Source of the DNA: Styela clava
Taxonomy: Eukaryota
Direction of reading: 5' to 3'
NCBI RefSeq assembly: GCF_964204865.1
Contig: NC_135264.1
Location: 11,966,001 to 12,030,000 of the forward strand
DNA: 64,000 bases
Shown piece after piece: positions 39,679 through 51,684 of the stretch; the first letter of the stretch is position 1; each line of letters starts with the position of its first letter. The translations under genes were made by a program, and so were the position numbers. A model generated the notes under the pieces. That model ran no database searches. It saw nothing but the letters and a program-made list of their open reading frames with translations, and was not told the origin of the DNA.

Positions 39679-41956
39679 ATGAGTTACACACTTAGTTTTC
39701 TGTAAGTATTTAGATGTCTATTTCATTCCGCCTTTTCGTTATGATAGCAGTTTCTCGAAAGGATCGTATTAGATATAATGTAGCTAGTCAGCTTGGCTAT
39801 GCGTCGTAATATAACGATGCTCTAGTATTTACGTGGTTACATGAGTTTGCTTGTTATTTATAGATTCACTGTTATGATAGCAGTGACTTAACTGTTGTTT
39901 AACCTTTTTTTTAGTTTTTTCCTGATTGTGTCGTGTGGCGTAGACATAGGTAAGTAGCATGCTATTTCTGTTGCTAGCTTTTGTATTTTATTTTCTAATC
40001 CAAAACTGATTTTATAGGTTGCAGCTCCAACGTTCATGGATTCTCTTCTCCTACGTATTGTTCTTCAAACCTGAATCCGTGTATGAACGGTGGTGTGTGT
40101 GTCAACTATGGTGGTTCTTATAAATGTGGTTGCCCTCGTGACTGTAGTGGTGAACACTGCGAGCTCTGTGATGATGGTACGTGCTGTTCTGCAACTCGTG
40201 TACGCTAAAAATAAAATCTCATATTGGTTCACATTTGCTTTCAGGTATCGGTCCAAAAAAGGGAGCATGCTTTCCAAATCCATGCAAGCGGGATTGTAAA
40301 TGTCACGAATCGTGCCAACACGCTGGTGGATATTATTGCAGGAGTGCTTCTGGTTATCTCGGCAAAAATTGCACCATTCGTAAGTATCTGTCAATAAGTA
40401 GCCCTGGCTACGGTACGTAAATTACTCTTGGAATCCGTACTCATTCAGCAATGCCTTCTCTCCGCTGCGAGACTAATCGCATCGTGTTTTCTGTGTCGGA
40501 AAGCTTTGTCCGTGAATACGACCTTGGACTGAGAAACAGCTTCATCAACATCGTCAGAAGTCTTGGTGACACCAAAGGATGCGAAGGTATTTGTTTCGGT
40601 TTAGCAACGCAGACGTGTAAGTTAAACCGAGTACTAAAATCGCGATTTTTATTGCATTTCAGTCGCGGCCGCTGTCAATGGGTTTTACGAGATTCAAATC
40701 CCAATTCCATTTAGTACATGTGGGACGGAAATGACATCAATCGGTGGACAGGTTGTCTTCACTAATCAGATGTGGTTCAATCGTCGTCTTGCGAACTCCA
40801 TGTTCGATATGCCTATTCCTGTCGCTGAATTTCAGTGTAGATACGAAAGGCAATATAGGGTGGTGACTTCACTCCGCCCAGTGTAAGTAAAACTATTTTG
40901 GTAAAAAGTCATTACTTTGACCTACCTAAAATTTCATTATTTTCATTCAGGGTAAGCACACCAGCTGTGATAACCGGCCGCCAATCGATAACACCTAGCA
41001 TTTCGTTATGCAAGGTGCCCGCGTGTCCAAGCACTTGTCCTACAAATTTTGCTGTGAGTGGAGGGGCTGTCTACACCGTTGGAGAAATGATGCATGTTAC
41101 AATGTCACTTGATGTGAGTAGAGTTCTTCCCCAGTTCTGCAAAAAGTATTTTTTCAGTTGGAATGAGAATTATTGTTGATTTTATTTTGCAGTCCGGAAA
41201 CCAGGTCACTGGTATCGACGAAATGTATTTATCATGCAGCCCTGTGCCATCCACGGCCAATATTGTTGGAATTGTTAAATCTGGATGTGGCACCACAGCT
41301 GGGCTTCCATGTGAAATAACCACCAGCGCCGTTGGCCATACCGTTTGTGTATCGTTCCAGACCCCGAGAAGCATGTCATGCCAAGAGTTTTATATCCATG
41401 CAAAATTGATTTCCTGTGACAGAGGAAGTGTAGGCGTAAGTTTTGTTTTGTTACGTGTAGGTTACCCTTAAAGCTATGAAGCTAATCGCTGTTCGTCATT
41501 TCAGACTTGCTCGGACAATGCCAGCGTCGACAGATGCCTTCTATCGCGTAAGCGAAGAAGTGTCGATTCTGCTCCTATTGCGCTCGGACCAATTCTATTG
41601 CTGAATGGTTCGATTGGAATGCCCAACATCCACCTTAACGGTATGGAAGACGTTGAAATTCCCGATAGAAAAATTGGTCTTGTACTAAGACAAAATGATG
41701 AAGAAATGCCGAGAACCGTAGAAGCACCATCGAGTCGTCCTTTAGGTAAGATCTTCATGCCCAGAACGTTTGGGATGCATCGATCGTCATTGGCAAATTA
41801 ACTGACATTTTGTTTTTTATCGTTTTAGGTATCGACCAACCTACCCTGCTCATGATTGTCATTGGAACTGTACTCTTTGTTGTCATTGTTTCGTTGATTC
41901 TTGTTTTACTTCGTAATCGTTCTCTTGGTGTTACTTTAACGACCAACAAATCTTAA
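39679..41956 (+). CDS. EGF-EGF-ZP domain protein with furin site and C-terminal TM (vitelline-coat/uromodulin-like architecture)
   Basis: Exons 39679-39701, 39915-39949, 40018-40176, 40245-40379, 40449-40586, 40663-40882, 40951-41113, 41193-41435, 41505-41745, 41829-41956. EGF domain NPCMNGGVCVNYGGSYKCGCPRDCSGEHCE; second EGF-like domain; ZP-N motifs (FSTCGT, FQCRY); ZP-C motif FYIHAKLISC; RKRR furin site then hydrophobic patch IALGPILL; TM segment; AATAAA at 41971. Confidence 0.88.
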
Positions 41957-42208
41957 TATTGGTTTAAATGAATAAAACTAAATCTTCACGTGGCGTTTAT
42001 TGTAAATTTAAGATGGGAGCTGTTCATGTCTTTTATTCTCCGGTAAATTCGTAAAACCGGACCCCATCATGGGTCAATGTTGACTAACCTAGTTCGGTTA
42101 GAGTTTTAGTAATACAGTATTCAACTCTTATAGATATTACAATATCGAATCTAGTCGCAGACTAGTGATGATTGAGCTGCCTGATAAAAAAAAAAAAAGA
42201 CAACTTCC

Positions 42209-42485
42209 AAAGCATCACCGGGACATTTGGGCGGGGCGCGGAGCATCTTGTCAAATGCGGAACGCGTGACAAGCGCACACATGCAAGCCGACAGAGCGGA
42301 ATTCAAGAAATCGTCTATCATGAGAGTAGGCCACTGCATGCCATACAGCATTACCGGGACGTTTAAGTCCACCGGGCGGGGCAGCACGTCAAAATCTGGA
42401 CGTATGGCAAGCCCACACTTACAAGCAGACGGAACGGAATTCAAGAAATCGTTTTTTCATGACACCTGAGGGTAGGTCACTTCAT
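42209..42485. repeat. Two diverged tandem copies of a ~137-bp GC-rich unit
   Basis: agcat.accgggac, gggcggggc, cggaattcaagaaatcgt..tcatga and gtagg.cact each occur twice, about 137 bp apart. Confidence 0.7.
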
Positions 42486-42696
42486 TTTATCGTAGAGTGG
42501 GCCAATCCATGGGGAATCCTACGTGATCGTTCTAAACTTCAGAGATTGATGCTTTATTCTTATGACAATTATCCACTCTCATGAACACTTACAAGGTAAT
42601 ACGTGCAATGATCTGTCATGGCGTTATCACAATTGCAAGCCTATTATATTTATTATCCGCCTTTCGGACTTATTTCCAAGCTAAAGCCTATTATGA

Positions 42697-43025
42697 TGTG
42701 GCTCGGCGGTCTGGCGCATCGTGCTAAGCGTTAGGAATACGATCGCCACCGCATCTCTGATTAACCTCCGTGGGATTGCAGGTTCGAATCCCAATGCGGG
42801 GATGATCATGTGTGAGAGGATTGCTGGACTCCTCGCAGCCGTAGAGTGGTTCACGTAACCCCATGCGGGGATGATCCTGTGCGAGAGGATTGCTGGACTC
42901 CTCGCCGCCGTAGGGTGGTTCACCTAACCGCTTCACCATCAAGTCCATGCTTCCGAAAAAAAAAAAAAAATAACTAGCTGACTAATCCCATCCCTCTCCC
43001 CTGGGATAAATATGTAAATCCTATG
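42697..43025 (+). mobile_element. tRNA-derived SINE with an internal ~60-bp tandem duplication
   Basis: A-box-like tggcgcatcgtgctaagcg and B-box ggttcgaatccc; atgcggggatgatc..gagaggattgctggactcctcgc.gccgtag.gtggttcac occurs twice; 3' part shared with 710-1378. Confidence 0.75.
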
Positions 43026-43107
43026 TTCGAAGCAGTTCACGTCTCCCTCCAGTGTACAGTCTATTTTCACTGAAGCATTAATTTATTTTATGACATCATA
43101 TAGACTT

Positions 43108-43117
43108 CCTTATATGG
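43108..43117 (+). promoter_or_regulatory. Consensus CArG box (SRF site) upstream of the myosin regulatory light chain gene
   Basis: CCTTATATGG matches CC(A/T)6GG, about 1.5 kb upstream of the ATG, at the start of a CpG-richer stretch. Confidence 0.55.
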
Positions 43118-44626
43118 AAACGCCCGTATCCTTTGATGGCGGAGTGAGGGCGTCGAATTTTTCTGTCCGAGCGCGGCTTCGGAATATTGTTTAATTTGAT
43201 ATCGTATGTTGCTTCGTGTGTCACGATTGGTAACGATTCGAATTATAACGGGTTTAATGAAACTTCTAAATAATGTATAGATCACGAAAGTCGTATTTTG
43301 ACAATTTTGTTTTAATCCTGAATCAGTTGTTTTGTCCGTTCTGCCAATTGACGTTCAGACGTTAGCTAGATTGAACTTCTGAACTTTGTCCTAGATTGTG
43401 TGAGGAAAATTCGTTCAGCGTAATATTTATCGTATTGTTTAACCCTTTGACAAGTGGGTGTTAGATCAAATTACCAAGTACAAAACTTGACACGGGCTAT
43501 TTCTGTATTTGTTTAGTGATTTAGCAAGACTGGAATCTCAGGATGTGTGTGTTCACACAAAAATGACAAGATGCCCTAGAAATCCTGTTCTTATTTAGTA
43601 CTAGTTCAGTAGTTTATGTTCTCTTCATGTTGCTGACGTTCTGGTCAGTATAACCAATTTAGTTCTGGTGCTGTTTATAGCTACATAATGTTAGATACCG
43701 GTAGTCTACTGAAATTTGTCTTAGATTTTTAACAGCCTATTGGTTATGCTGTTTTTTCATTTATAAGATTCTTCAGTCCTGTCAGTACAGCAGTACTTAT
43801 CTTCTCATGCACAGTATAAGCGAGGCATATTAACTGTAAAATTACAATATCTGTAGTCGAAGTTGTGTTATTTTTATTTACTGTTGAAATTGGAAAAAAA
43901 ATCTAGGCTGGAGCCAAGAGAATACAGTTAAATTAAAATTTTAAATTGTTTTGAAAAAATGTGTATTAAAAGAATATTTCAAGAGTTAAAATTGTCCTTC
44001 TACATGTCCAATTTATGAAAGTAAAATTTGCTTATGCAGGAATATATAGGTTATTTTCAAATTAATTACAAATCTCGAATTCTGGAATATGATACTCCTC
44101 CACTATTCTGATATAGGCATCCCATCAATGAGTTATTTTTATTAATCTTGTCTGGCTTGGATTTGATTATCAATTAAAAATTGCTAAGTCTGTAAGTTCA
44201 GAATCGGAATATTTTATTTCCATTTACTGTTCTTCAGTTCTATGAGACTAAATTCTCAACAAATCATATTATTTCAATCTTTATACAATGATATACTTGC
44301 AATCTATTATAATATGTGATTTGAAAGCGCTATCTTTGTTCGTCATTTTTGGTTTTTAGATCTATATATTCAGATATTTAAAAAAAAACTTCAATAATTA
44401 ACATTGCTTACTGTTTAATAATAACTAAAATAAGGAAAATCGGAATGAAATTATGGCCTAACCCTAACATGGTACACATACTACGGGAGTACCGAAATTT
44501 TTATATATCACTAGAGCCAATTTTCATTTCATTTTGTGTCTTCAGAAAACCAATTTTAATTGAAATTCTGTCTTTGTATACGCAGCATATTTTATTATTA
44601 GATTTCGAAATCACTAACACTTCAAA

Positions 44627-46685
44627 ATGTCCAGTCGCACCAAAGCAAGAAAGACTAACAAGAAGCGCGCTCAGCGTGCGACTTCCAATGTCTTTGCTAT
44701 GTTCGATCAAGCTCAAATTCAAGAATTCAAAGAAGCTTTTAACATGATCGATCAAAATCGTGATGGATTTATAGATGCAGATGATTTGAAAGACATGATG
44801 GCCTCATTGGGTAAGAAATAAAACATCACTGCTCTAAGTAATGTCTTTTATTTAGAGAGTATTGTAAGAAAAACATTATGACAAAAATTTGCATACGGAG
44901 GTTAAAAGTCTTGACAATAATGAGATTTTAAAAATATGTTTTAGTCCTAGAATATGATATTTTGTTGAAAAATGGAAAATTTATTTTATTCATTTTATAG
45001 AATATTTTAAATTTTTTGATCTCTAGCATTGTGATTTATATAATTTCATAAAAGATGTTTTTTATTTTTAAAGAAATTATGATAAAAAAATGACCTTTTT
45101 TTTGTCAAAAGTTTTTTCAGTGATTACGACTCCCTTACAAGTTACAACATATTCATGTTTTAATAATTACTAATATTATATGTTGGAATCCTGCATTTTA
45201 ATTGCTTTATGTTTATGTATGAACATGTCATTGACCTGGTTTAATACAGAAAGTTGCCTCGGGCCATTTACACACTTTTTATAGATGTTTCATATCATTC
45301 TAATATGCTGTATTATTTCTTCTATGTGCCATAACTAAATCAAGCATATTATATATATATATGTTTACAGGGAAAGAAGTTACAGATAAATACATTGATG
45401 ACATGATCGGTGAAGCCCATGGTCCAATCAATTTCACAATGTTTTTGACAATGTTCGGTGAAAAATTGAACGGAACAGATCCAGAAGAAGTTATCAAAAA
45501 TGCTTTTGCATGTTTTGATGAAGAAAGCACAGGTATGCATATATATTACAGTAACTTAACGAAAAGGGGAACACTTCATTGTTTCCATTCCTTTGTTTAT
45601 TGTGATTGTGCATAGTGATTCTGTTATCAAGTTTTTCCTTCTCTCTCGCCGGCTTCTATATATATATGGTATTGGTTCAAGTTACTGATTTAAGATCTTT
45701 TTACGAATACGGCTCTTTGATATATAAAGTGTCACATTGTAATATAGCAAAAATTTAGAGACTAACCCATTTTTGAAAAGGTATAATATGGAACGTGGGT
45801 TGTTATATTTATCTTATGGTATAGCAAATGTGAGATGGCTTTGACATGTGGCAAACTACACTTATACCATGCCTATAATATAGACATGTTATTTCTTAAA
45901 ATCCTACTGTACATAAATAGGTCTATTCTTTGTTTTAAAGTTTCGGATCTATATCTAGTTGTTTGGTATTGATTTATAATTATGATGAGTATTCATCAAC
46001 ATGTGTTTAACATAATTGCATCATGTCTTCCTTCCTTTCCTGTCAGGAATTATTAATTGATGAGTCATATGTAATATCATAATGTTTTTGATGAATGCTG
46101 ACATTCTGTCTCTGTAATATGATGTAATAGTGGGGTAGATTGTAAATTTCAACATTTACCCAGCATTTATCTTGAAGCAAATTTATCGAAATACCAAAAC
46201 TTAGTTACGATTGTCAAAAAATTCTTTGTCTGATATTTTGAATTTTGTGGAATGTTAGTTCTTGAGCTCTTTTTGGTTTTAACTGTCTCCGGTATGTGGC
46301 CACAATTATTCAAATGAATCTATATTGAATTAAAACGAAAGAGCCATGACCAAATATATGGGTACTGAAAATATGAAATTGGTTGCTCCATTAGTTTCGA
46401 AAAAGGCAATTTCTTTTCAACAATAACACTGAGAATTTAGAAAATCAATCTGTATGTACACGTCAAGTCTTGAAAAATGCCATGTAAAGATCTAGTGTTA
46501 TTTTTCCAGGTAAAATAAATGAGGATTATCTGAGGGAATTGCTCATTACGATGGGTGATCGATTCACAGATGAACAGGTTGATGACATGTTCCGTGAAGC
46601 ACCAATTTCACAGAAAACTGGCGATTTCGATTACGTTGAGTTTACAAGAATTCTAAAACACGGAGCAAAAGATAATGAAAACTAG
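44627..46685 (+). CDS. MYL12: Myosin regulatory light chain, non-muscle/smooth-muscle type (MYL9/MYL12-like)
   Basis: Exons 44627-44810, 45371-45532, 46510-46685. [39 protein letters not shown] (Thr18/Ser19-equivalent phosphorylation site), [37 protein letters not shown]. Confidence 0.96.
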
Positions 46686-47671
46686 GAACTAAAGGAACTG
46701 GAAACTCGTTTATTGATTGCACAATCGCCAAATTTGTAGCTCAAATCTTATCGAGTATGGAACATGGATAAATCATACATAAATACTTGACTCGTGTATT
46801 ACCCATACTTGAGAAATCAATAAATTGTCTTTTTTCTTCTGTGAGTGGATATAGCAGTTTTCCAGCATAAGATTTTAAAATTATTATTTCAGCCACTCCC
46901 CAGCCCCGCCCACTTCTTTTTTTACATAAGATATCATTACTAGTGTTCCTGGTATCCATTTCATTACTCCAAAATAGTATTGCTTGCCATGATAGCTTGT
47001 AATCATATTTTACTATACATCTTGCACAAGAATTTTTATTCAGAAATGGTCAGTCAAGTGATTTGCTTTGTGGAATTTTGTTGCATTCACCTATTTGGTG
47101 ATTCATTTTCCAGAAGATTTTTTCCGGAAGTAGAATTATTGTCTCATGTGCCTTAGTAAGAATACATTAGTGATTTTTGTTTTAATCGAAAAACATTCCA
47201 AATTTAGTTATATAGCTTTGCAATTTTTTTTTAATGCGAAATAAAATAATGTCTTGCGTTTTGAGATACTTATAACTGAAGTAAATATGTGACATATGAG
47301 TTTTTTTCTACACTAGAAAAGGATTTTTTTTGAAATTTTTGTGGCTTGAATAGCTAAATAATCCAGATTTATTCCTAATTTTTGTTTTTTAGACACCAGT
47401 AATGCACAAATAGTACTTAACTGATCGATTAAAAATGATTTGATGTCTACACTTGTATAATGAATTCTATATACTGATTAATCAAAATTGTGATATTGTA
47501 CATATTTGAGTCTATTTTTGTTCCGCTTGTTGGATATACAGGCTGTAGCCTGTAATTATCATTTTAGTCTATAATGATTTTTAAAATTTGGCGACGAGGG
47601 TCGAACATTCCGAAATGCCTTCACCTTCCTCCTATAGCTTTTCAAAACCTGTTTGTTGATATATCAAGCTA

Positions 47672-47883
47672 GGTTCCATTACATTTGAACCCGTGTACAT
47701 TTGAACCCACGTACATTTGAACCACGTACATCTGAACCCACGACAATTGCACCTGCATACTATTGCAACTATGGAAATTTTTTTGTTTTGCGGATCTTTG
47801 AACCCATACTAACCCATGGGTTTTAGCACCTGCATATAGATTGAACCCGCGGATATACGCATGGGTTCAAATGTACGGTCACC
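47672..47883 (-). mobile_element. 'gtacatttgaaccc' MITE family, copy 2
   Basis: Same family in reverse orientation; TSD atcaagcta/gtcaagcta (8/9 match). Confidence 0.88.
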
Positions 47884-48930
47884 GTCAAGCTAGCATCGTA
47901 GTGATTAGGAATAGAAATTTTATTACATTTTTACGATAATTGGACATACAATACCGCACACGAAAAAAAAGGTTATTATATAGACTTTAGAAGTCCACAT
48001 GTCGCAACGGTTTGCAGAAATCTATTTTACCGATTTTCAGCGCCTAAATAACCACGTAACGCTGACGAAACTTGGTAAATTACTCCTGTAAAAATCGTCG
48101 CATTATGTAGTGAGTTTCTCGTTTCCGAAATGTGTATATTTGGCTTGGTAGTGCATAAAGTTTAACGACTACTGTTGTGTAGTATAGTTCGCTCTTCTGT
48201 GTCCTGGACTTTTGGCCATTACTGCATGATGAGGAATTCTGGTATTTTCTATCTACTGTTGTATAATGTGTTTCACAAACATACATAGTGAGATAGAATG
48301 CTCAATCTTGTTAGATATATGTTTAGGCTAAACATTTTGTTGAACTTCGGTCTTGTCGTACTTGGCACGTTATTTTTTGTGGCATGTTATTGTAACGTTA
48401 GGTTTACTTTTTGAGCTTGAACATCTTGTTGAGATTAAAACCGGATAGCTATTTCACCCCAACTAAGGCTTCGAATAGCCAATTACTGTTACGTTGAAAT
48501 CCCAAAATATCGTCAAACCGACTCAAGCAGAGTTGAAGTTTTAAAAACGTTTTCCAGAGCCTCTTCCCTCCCATACATCGCCGGCCGCATTCACCTAAAA
48601 AGTATTTTAAGCCGATGGCCACCAACAACGCCACTCATTTAGTGTTTATTAAAATTATTCAATAAGGATAACAGTATCAATTTTCGAGCTCCGCCTGCAG
48701 GAGATGGGTTCGTATAGTTTTGTATAAATTGACTTTCCCTCTGAACCCTATAACAACAATAATAATTCTTTTGTATTCTCTCGAGTCTATAACGCCGCGC
48801 GTTACATATATACGTCATCGATATGTTGCAACATGTTAAATACTATTTTCTTTCGTACTTTCAATGTAAGTATCTTGCCCATAGGCAGAGGGAGTTCAGG
48901 CAAGATCTGACAAATTGTGCTCGTGCACTT

Positions 48931-51387
48931 TTAAAATATGTTAGTTTTTAACATAATTCCAATAAATTCGTCTTCATCAACTGCGTCGTCGCCATTATGA
49001 TCAGCTTCTCTTATCATATCACGAATTTCTCGTTCAGTCATTCGAATTTTGTGCTCTCGACAGAGTCGTTTCAATGAAGACAAAGTGATTTTTCCGTCAC
49101 CATCTAAATTATAAACAATTCTCATATAGTACCGTGTCGAACACACCCAAATATGTTGTCCAGGAGGTAGCCTATTTCAACACAGTTCAGCATATATACT
49201 TAATATTAATAATCGACGAAAATTTGAATTGTCACAAAATGGTTGACGTCACAAAATAACTTTTGAAATACGTTTGCCATAAGGTGAATGCGTAAAATCT
49301 AAATAAGATAACAAACACGGCAAGGTCATCTCAAGGGATTTATCACGCATGAGCTTTTTATGATTTGTTCATCACGCTTATACACAATTCTGAATCTTAT
49401 CTCATCAAACGATTCATAGGTTAGTCACATCTACCCTAATGCTCACCTATATCAAATACTGTAAATGCTTGACGGATTTCTTCAAATATATCCCGAGAGT
49501 CGCTCTGTCTTTCTATTACCAGAGCAAGAAAATCGTTAAAGTTGAGACATCTGAAAAGCATATAGCTTATATATACATTGGTAAAGATCTTAGATAATTC
49601 TATCATGAATTTTTTTCACCATTAATTGAATACTTGAAAAATGTTGACTTGCAAGTTGCAATCCAGGATTGTTTGCCTTGACACAAATAGTGATGCTTTG
49701 CAATTTCACTTATTCATTTGTCCAATTAGAAATTTGAGAAGTAATTAGCATTTGTTTTGTAGCTGATATTTTATGCAATTTTAAACATGGATAAATATTT
49801 CACCTCATCTAAAGTCAACGGTGGCTGTTCAGTTAGATTCAACTCGTCTTTATTATTTTCAGAGTTTGAAAAAGGGCTATATATATATACCGTATTTCCC
49901 GGCTGATAATTCGCTTTTCTAGAGCCAATTTTGTGTCCTAATTTTGGGTGGTCGTCTTATTGGGCAGGTACGTTTAAAACATGATTTGTTTGAACCTTAT
50001 ATTTAGTTTGATATTTTTTATTATGTACTCGATGACGTCAAAGTGTCTCCGATCATAATATTTAATTGACTTTGTACTGCCAGCTGTTATCTGTCATATT
50101 CTTTTTAAAAACTTCCTTGTAGTCATAACTGACCAGAGAAACACGGCCACGGAGATGAAGTGATTTATGACCCTTCCGTTTTGCCGATTCCATGAAAAAC
50201 GACACAGACAGGAAAACACAGCTGTGAACAAACCCATGGACGTACAGTGTACTCTTTATCACACCTTATTCAGAGGTTATTTCAACGTTCGGGTCAATAG
50301 GTTGTTCAAAATGATTGCCGCTTTTTAACTCAAAATTACCGCTTTATTTTTAAGAATAGTTAATTCTGGGAGTATGAACTACCAAATAAACATGATCTGG
50401 TTCCAACCATATAAAATTGTTAGCGCATATTAGTGTTTATCTGACCAACCTGAAGCAAGTCTTGTTGGACGGCTATATGGAAAAAACGCTCTTTTTGAGT
50501 GCTAAAAATAGACATCGTCTATTTGCCGTTTAGACGTATTTGCCGGGAAATACGGTATATATTGTCGCTTGTCCATAACCTCACGTCCGGTATGATAATT
50601 TACTTTAACCTACCCGCGATTTGTTACGTCCACGTCAGCCATCATCTCTTTGACTTCTCTTCGAGTTACTCGGAATCCCAGAATTTTCATGGCTCTTCTA
50701 AGTTCCTTTAAATCGATTGTGTTTGAATTATCGACATCAAACGTGTCGAAAACAACTTTGAGGTCACGAATTTCCTGAGTCGTCAACTGTAGTTCAGAAA
50801 ATGGTTTATGATTAGATGTTATGAAATAAATGACTATCATATCAAAATTTCGGGATTGGTTACTTTAACAATATATAACACTATCAGATCAGAGTGATGT
50901 TACCGATATTTCCGAATGAACTTGAAGTACGAGAAGATATTTGAAATATGATTGAAATTTGGATTCCCTGATCATATAATAAAAGCGAGACTAAATAAGA
51001 ATGGCAATATTACTCACATGCTGAAAGATGTGCTTTGAAATTTTCATACCAAGAAACTCCTTTTCGTTCACTTCATTAGATTGGAGAGCAGCCAGAAGCT
51101 AAATAAGGAACATGTTTGTTATAAAGTACAAATTAATGACGTATATATGAATAAAGTTACAATAAAACGCAGCGATGCCAGAAAATACAAAACTATTAAA
51201 CCTATTTCGAATCTATTTTTATAATGTAATCTGTTAGATATATCAACGATCATGTTAGAATTCACACCTGGTGTCCAGTTACTGGTGGCGGAGGAACATA
51301 TTCCGGCAATGCTTCTTGTGGAAACTCAAATTTAGTCCTCGTTTTTGGTTTCACTTCAGTCGATGCCTTCTTCTTTTTCTTCGGCAT
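48931..51387 (-). CDS. Centrin/caltractin-like four-EF-hand protein with extended basic, Pro-rich N-terminus
   Basis: Exons 51387-51268, 51098-51018, 50786-50614, 49550-49447, 49103-48931. FDTFDVDNSNTIDLKELRRAMKILGF; FDIDGDGKITLSSLKR; MIREADHNGDDAVDEDEFIGIMLKTNIF* resembles the centrin C-terminus. Confidence 0.87.
49890..50555. mobile_element. Tc1/mariner (pogo/Tigger-like) non-autonomous element
   Basis: TIRs ccgtatttcccggc...gccgggaaatacgg flanked by TA. Confidence 0.85.
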
Positions 51388-51504
51388 AATTTGTTGTTTT
51401 AATTAAGGTTCACTAACTTAGTTGAATTGAATAGAAGTTGAACAATAATAAAATGAACGCTGACTTTTTATCAGTTCAAACCGAACTATCGTCAGATCGT
51501 ACAG

Positions 51505-51684
51505 GGTTCCATTACATTTGAACTCACGTACATTTGATCCCGTAATTTGCATCTGCATACTATTGCACCTATGGAAATTTGCACCTACGGATATTTGAAC
51601 CCATACTAACCCTAATGGATTTTAGCACTCGCATATAGATTGAACCCGCGGGTGCAAATTTATGGATTCAAATGTGCTGTCACC
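51505..51684 (-). mobile_element. 'gtacatttgaaccc' MITE family, copy 3
   Basis: Same family; perfect 9-bp TSD atcgtacag; about 120 bp upstream of the centrin-like ATG. Confidence 0.88.

Noticed and set aside
42165-42184. C/D box snoRNA (TGATGA...CTGA)
   Set aside because: The boxes are only about 10 nt apart, far too close for a snoRNA.
42709-42800. tRNA gene
   Set aside because: A and B boxes are present but I cannot fold a clean cloverleaf, and it continues into a SINE body also found at 710-1378.
44627-51387. Conserved MYL12-centrin linkage as on human 18p11
   Set aside because: Human CETN1 is a mammalian retrogene megabases from MYL12A/B, so the adjacency is not evidence of ancient synteny.
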